From positions 75,414 to 139,413 of the forward strand of contig NC_068991.1 of assembly GCF_001194135.2 (NCBI RefSeq): a DNA stretch of 64,000 bases. Direction: 5' to 3'. The stretch is from Octopus bimaculoides (taxonomy: Eukaryota). This document shows, piece after piece, positions 36,279-64,000 of this stretch (positions are counted from its first letter, which is position 1; every line of letters begins with the position of its first letter). Below the pieces are notes generated by a model. The model had not been told where the DNA came from. It saw only the letters and a program-made list of their open reading frames with translations, and made no database searches. The position numbers were made by a program, and so were the translations under genes.

Positions 36279-39200
36279 ATAATAATAATAATAATAATGG
36301 GTGTTCTTGAAATGTCTCTAACTAATCCCATGCTAGCATGGAAAATGGATGTTAAATGATGATGATGATAACCCCTACACATTTAGGGTTAATGTAAGAA
36401 AGGCCAAGGCAGTATTTGAACTGATGAAATCATCATTTCTAACAGCTTTACCACTAGATAAAACAACCCACAATACCATAATTTAGTTAAAATTATTTAC
36501 CTGAAATGCTTTCCTAGCTGTAAATCCAGTTCCTTTCGATTTTGAATGCCAAGGCTGTCGTAAATTCAGTAAAACAGGAAGAAGTGAATAAAAAATGTTT
36601 TGTTAGATAAAAAAAGAATTTCAAACATTAAATATTATCACCATTATCATTACTATTCTATACATCTACATTTTGTCCTATTATAATCAAGCAGGAATAT
36701 TTTTTGTCACCAACTCGAACTTGTATATATCATTAGAGAAATAGTTTTAAAATAAGTTCCCTACTTATAGCAAACTAGTCATACATGATGTAGGAATTGT
36801 ACCTGGGGAAAATAAGGAGACAAAAAGTTTTATGGGTTCATTCTTAGAACAACCAAAAGTCTTTTGCTATTGTTTTTTGTGACTTCGATTAAATAATAGA
36901 CAGATGCATTGAGTTATATTGAAATTGAAAAATTAAGTTTAATTTTCAGATGTCATTTTTGCAACAACAATGTCACACTGCAATGTGGGTTTCAAATTTT
37001 GGCACAAGGTTAGCAATTTTGGGGGAGGAAGGAAGTCAATGACATCAACCCCCAACTGATAATTATTTCATTGACTCCAAGAGGATGAAAGGCAAAGCTG
37101 ACATTGGCAGAATTTGAACTCAAAATATAAAGACAAACAAAATACTTGGCAGCATTTTGCCTGGCAATGCTTATAATTCTTCAAAATAACCACTTCACAC
37201 TAACATAGGTTGGATTTTTTTAACAAAGTCTTTCAAAGTCACTTTTTTTCTCTACATTTAACAGCTTCTCACCCACATGACTGTTTATCCATAAAATTAT
37301 GTTTGGGTAGTTTAACTGTCAAGTAAAGGACACACTTCACCTAATAAGGTTCCTTGTGCTGATCACAAAGTCTATATCACAACACATTTACCACAGAATC
37401 ACTATATTAAATACTGAGCTTATGTCATCTTATGCTTTCATAAATTCATCTTGCAAATTTTAAATTTGAATACCTTACCTTCTAAACAACGTATTGTATG
37501 TGTTGGCGAGCTGAAACATTTTTCCCACTTTTGAGGAAATGAAATTTTCAAGACAATCTGAAAAACACAAATTATATAATGAAAAGTTAAATAGGGGTTT
37601 CACATGCACATAAGGGCAAGACAAACAAATCACAGTTTTGCAAGCTCACAAATGCAGGGGCCATGATAAAACACTCAGTGCATTCTGTATAGTGGTTGTC
37701 TGGCAGTATAAACCATGCTCAAACATTGAACGCTACACAGTCCTCAGACCTTTCAGATCTTATCAAACTCTCCAACTAAAGACAGCAAGTAAGAAGGTGA
37801 TGTTGATGTGGTATTTGATTTTTATTGAGAAGAGACTCAAGGAAAATAGAAAGCAAAGTCGATCTGGGCAGGATTCAAACATAAATCATTCTACTGATTT
37901 TGCCACTAATATGTTAATTATTTAGGTTCAAAGTCAATTGAAGTTGATTACATTGAATAATACAGTATATAACTGGTGCTGCATATATCAGCTTTAGTGT
38001 ACCTGTTCTTTCCTGGTTATTAATTACACTGACCTTAAACATTAGGATTGTAGAATTACTAAAATTCTAGCTTATGGAGCAACACGTATCGCAAAGATGG
38101 TACGTTTCAAAGAAGGTACAACATTGGCAACATCAATAATGCTGCCAAGGTCAGTGCTTGGGTACTCAGCACTTTCGATCAGCCCTGCAATGTACACTAC
38201 CAACTTCTTCAACAACACCTTCCAACTAACCATCTTCACTACACCAGCAGGAAATTGCAGTCAAAAAAAAAAAAAGATCAATAGTTTTATGATCAAGCAC
38301 ACCGTGGAGTAAATTTGTAACTCGGCAAAATTTGAAATATTTCACACCAAATCGTGTGACAGGCCATATCACCACACAACCCTCTCGCCCCCTTCATCCC
38401 CCAACTCACGTTGTCTCATCTTCTTTGTTCCGGGAGTGTTCCCATGTTCTTATTAAGTTGTTATTAACTAGATTTAAAAAAATTGTGTAAGTTATTTGAG
38501 TGCTCCAGGCGATCGTCCATTCAAGAGAACAGGCTCTAGCAGCCCACTTTAGAGTAAGAAAAATTGGTAGAGCGCCGAACATCTTTGCAGTATTTAGTTA
38601 GCATTAGGAAGGAATTTCAACCATGTTTCGTGGTCTGCTACCACAACAGCTCCTTTATAGGATCCAGTTAGCTCAAGACATCATCAGGAGGAACCACGTC
38701 CGGTTTCGGCCCCTACTCCTCTACCGTTTTGACGTGGCGGGGCCCCTCCTTTCGGAGGTGTCTTCAGCTCTGGTGTTGGGTGCATGTCTTCTTTCGCTGT
38801 TTGTGACTGTNNNNNNNNNNCTACCGTTTTGACGTGGCGGGGCCCCTCCTTTCGGAGGTGTCTTCAGCTCTGGTGTTGGGTGCATGTCTTCTTTCGCTGT
38901 TTGTGACTGTTCTAATTCAACTGTGGAATGTCTCTCGCTATGGTTATTTTCCAGGAGGTTCTGGCCACACGTCTTACGGTTCATCAACCCGCGTTGTTGA
39001 ATTACTTTCTTCCGACATACCTTCCCTTGTGTACATACCTTCCAAGTTGTGTACAAAAAACTGTCCTGCAAAATGGAAACAGCAAACTGAATTTATTTAC
39101 GCTTATATTTCACTGCACAAATGTTAAGAGATGAAATATATAAAGAAAACTAGTTTCTTCTTTCCATTTACATTCTGTGATCAAATCTAGACGAGGTCAG

Positions 39201-39591
39201 CTGTTCCTTTCATCCTTCTGAGGTGGATATTAAATATGTAACCAGTCGAGTATAAGGTCAATTGGGCGATCTTAGGTTAAATAGCGGACCAATTTCCACA
39301 CCTCATACTCCTACTTTCTTAAAAAAAAAAGGAAGATATATGAGAAACCGGTCGGACTAAGAAGACCAGTTGGAATACCTTTCATGACCCGTCTGCTCAA
39401 TTCGGGCAAACCTGGGGTTAAACAGCAGAATTAAAGATCATACCTTTCCTGTTAAATTCTGCAATGCCATCTTCAAGAATGATTTTACCGTGTTTCAAGA
39501 ATTCTTCAAGTGCAGCGGAAATATTTGAGGTAAAAACAGAATTTGATTCCAACGATTCTGATGTTTGACCTTTGTTTAAGTCGGAGGCCAT
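26548..39591 (-). CDS. SELENOL: Selenoprotein L (thioredoxin-like/AhpC-TSA fold, UxxU motif), 320 aa, 10 exons
   Basis: Exons: 39591-39444, 37557-37479, 36554-36501, 34907-34862, 33692-33441, 32528-32406, 31168-31130, 29792-29694, 28866-28759, 26562-26548. All GT-AG with consistent phases, 963 nt total. Translation includes CLENFISSKVGKMF...EFEIEWDQFLHTVD...LLLVLQRHFA-U-LP-U-RKHVMELE...ILLLFFGSQKSIKQWL...IYSALGL...EDIYQMGGDFIIDQTGKILFTYRSQTPSDRPS. TGA at 33485-33483 and 33476-33474 (codons 179 and 182). Confidence 0.93.
28969..29180. mobile_element. pogo/Tigger-type (Tc1-mariner) MITE, 212 bp
   Basis: TA|CAGTAATCTCTT...AAGGGACTACTG|TA: 12-bp TIR (10/12 match) flanked by TA target duplications. 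Confidence 0.7.
29903..30885 (+). mobile_element. RTE LINE fragment (RT C-terminus and PHD-like finger) in SELENOL intron 7, with gap-flanking duplication
   Basis: Closely similar to 10070-10880 (LLYADDL, KGFRVNLAKTKV, CTQCKPWTHKRC, LRWYGHVL). 30092-30250 is repeated at 30261-30419 across a 10-N gap. Confidence 0.85.
35272..35492. mobile_element. piggyBac-type MITE, 221 bp
   Basis: TTAA|CCCTTTCAATAC...GTATTGAAAGGG|TTAA: perfect 12-bp TIR with TTAA target duplication (35268-35271 and 35493-35496). Confidence 0.85.
37040..37170 (-). mobile_element. Second SINE family remnant (TTCATCC...GGGTCGATAAA-type core); others at about 36020, 39190, 52870
   Basis: ggatgaaaggcaaagctgacattggcagaatttgaactc on the plus strand is the reverse complement of a B-box head gagttcaaattc...gcctttcatcc. 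Confidence 0.5.
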
Positions 39592-39593
39592 CA

Positions 39594-39892
39594 CCGGAAG
39601 TAAACACCTCTTTTTTACGCACTGCCTTCTGGGAGTCGGTACGTGGCAGCGAAGTCGTGTCCACATCTCTCCCTCCCACTCTCTCTCTCTCTCTCTAGCA
39701 GCCTTATTTACTCACTCCCTCCCACTTTCTCTCTCTCTTATTTACTCACTCTCACCTTATTTACTCCCTCTCTCTTTATTTACTCACTCTCTCTTATTTA
39801 CTCACTCTCTCTCTCTCTCTCTCTACCATTACACATCAAACCCGTTTTATAACATCAACTCGACTTTATTTCTGATTATTTCTGACATCAAA
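39594..39892. promoter_or_regulatory. Putative bidirectional promoter / first non-coding exon shared by SELENOL (-) and SEC23 (+)
   Basis: CCGGAAGT (ETS) at 39594-39601, 3 nt from the SELENOL ATG. CpG-rich stretch, then a (CT)-rich tract at about 39664-39824. Donor CAAA|GTAAGT at 39893 could splice to the SEC23 acceptor ttttaaAG| at 41842. Confidence 0.6.
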
Positions 39893-41840
39893 GTAAGTCA
39901 ATATTTTTACTCAATTCTCCACAATTTTTCTTAAACTTTGTCGACTTTTCTTCTTTTTTATTCATTAACTTTTATATTCTCAATTTATTTGTTCGTTTTA
40001 AATAACTTAATTTCCTCAAACGTCACTTTTCCATGGGCCTTCTTCAATCTGCTAGAAATAGCAGCTAATTCTCTCTCGAATTTCGCCCCAAAATTAGGAA
40101 GTCCCTGTTGGATAAGGTAGTCCTCTTTTCTATTGTCTTTGAAAAAAGACGGAATGGTCATAACTGGATTAGAGAGGGAATCAATCCTTGTAAGGGGACA
40201 ATCCCTTCAGTAGAATTACAAAGTTGCCTTTCTATAAAAATAATTTATCTTTTCATTCTCATGAATTATTAACAATTCTGTCAAGAATAGCCACACAGGT
40301 ATGTCTGGGGTTATAGTGATTGTATAAAACACACCCGACTATGTATTGTTACATATGAAACCCAGTCAAACAATAATTGAAAGAATAACTTAATACAAAC
40401 GAATGTCAAATTGTTGCACCGAAACGGTTGACTTCCAACTTTGGCCGGTTTTTGATGCGAAGTCGATCTTTTCCTTGTGTGTCTATGTATGTATTGTGGT
40501 TGACCACTTCTTTGTACCTATACCGTATGTACACATACGTACGTTCTTGAATCTTTTACATTCGGCCTGTTTTGTGACACACTGATGCTCTCATATATAT
40601 ATATATATATTAACAAGGTGGGGACGACCCCATTGTCTATTTATTGTATCACTTATTCAGAGCTGCCCACAACGAAACGCATTCCTTTAGAGTGGGAATT
40701 AAACATGTATGGTTTCAATATCGTAGATTATAAAAGCCTGATCGAAATATTTTAGTGAACTCTGCTAGACATCGTCTTTCCCAATGGAAACCGGACAAAT
40801 TAGTTTCCTTCGATATCCAAACAATACGTCAAGGGAGTAAAAACGTGACATTCTGTACTCAGGAACAACTAAAACCTAATAGATCGTGGCGATCTTGCAT
40901 GGTTTCACCTGTGATGGCCAAAACAAACCTTTAAGAACCAATAATAACTGTTCTTTCATTGGAATTCTGTATCTATAACAGACAAAACTACATCTCAAAA
41001 TTAGACTTTCTCTTTAGAACGAAGAAACTTCTTCAGCTGCTGACTCTATACAAGTCACAATGTTTCTCATATCCCTGAGATAAAACACCTGATAAACGTA
41101 CAAATATTCTTGACCATCTCCTTAAAATAGCACCACTCACACACATTCTACTAACACTAACATAAACATAGTGTCATCTGTTCCATCACCAAAATGGGTG
41201 ACCTGTTTGGCCCTAACATTTCAAAGATGACAAAAAGAGTTGTAAACAATCATTTCTTTCATAACCAGGAATGTTTCTGTTCCTTTATATATATATATAT
41301 ATATATNNNNNNNNNNNNNNNNNNNNNNNNNNNNNNNNNNNNNNNNNNNNNNNTATATATATGTATATATATATATATATATACTGATATATAACTTCTA
41401 TAGACCAATACCTACTGAAGACTTTCTCACATGTCACCAATGATCCTTCATTTTTGACAGTATTGCTGACTGAACATCAGGTAAAACCTTCAGCTACATC
41501 TTGTAAGAACCTCCTGGCTATACTGACTATCTCCGGTCTATATTGTTTTCTTCTACCATGTCATTGCAGCATGTCGCAGTTGGCGCTCTGTCTCTCTCTC
41601 TCTCGACTCTGGTGTTCCCTAGAGTTTGTCTTTCCCACAGCCATTCTACTGTAGACTAAGGACCAACTTACATCCGTTTGAATAATACTTCTACCCAGAT
41701 ACGGCAGGTATCCTGCACAAGCAACCTCAACCTCATGGAACCAAGCTGTGTGTCTGATTTATGTCCCACTTTGTAACTTTTGGTGCTTGTTTGCTTCAAT
41801 GGATTTCTCAAAAAATATCCTTGTAATATCTTCTTTTTAA

Positions 41841-63875
<22,035 letters not shown>

Positions 63876-63897
63876 TGATGTTATTGAAAGCAGACAC

Positions 63898-64000
63898 AAT
63901 GGTCCTTCCCTGAATGAGAGTGGTGAACATGGCCTGAGTGAATGGTCCTTCCCTGAATGAGAGTGGTGAACATGGCCTGAGTGAATGGTCCTTCCCTGAT
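63898..64000. repeat. 43-bp minisatellite, at least 2.4 copies, truncated by window end
   Basis: Unit aatggtccttccctgaatgagagtggtgaacatggcctgagtg at 63898 and 63941, partial from 63984. Confidence 0.9.

Overview
AT-rich eukaryotic genomic DNA full of microsatellites and retroelements. The RTE 3' ends with (ATG)n tails and the tRNA-headed SINEs look like an octopod (Octopus-like) short-read assembly; this is inferred. There are four N gaps. Gene order, from manual exon assembly: a minus-strand claudin/PMP22-like gene start running off the left edge; VIPAS39/SPE-39 (+, intronless CDS); ZWILCH (-, intronless CDS); a 7SK snRNA gene (-, 16570-16858) with a TATA box at -31..-24; a 2-exon TEX55-like RIIa-type dimerization/docking (D/D) domain gene (-) with RFX X-boxes; a 10-exon Selenoprotein L gene (-) with two in-frame UGA codons in a U-L-P-U motif and a SECIS candidate just after the stop; and SEC23 (+, 16 coding exons, continuing past the right edge), head-to-head with SELENOL. 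The 7SK gene and the di-selenocysteine gene are largely or entirely missed by the ORF track and are the main discoveries. The rest is RTE, Penelope-like and CR1/L2-like fragments, SINEs, piggyBac- and pogo-type MITEs, and several fold-back hairpins.
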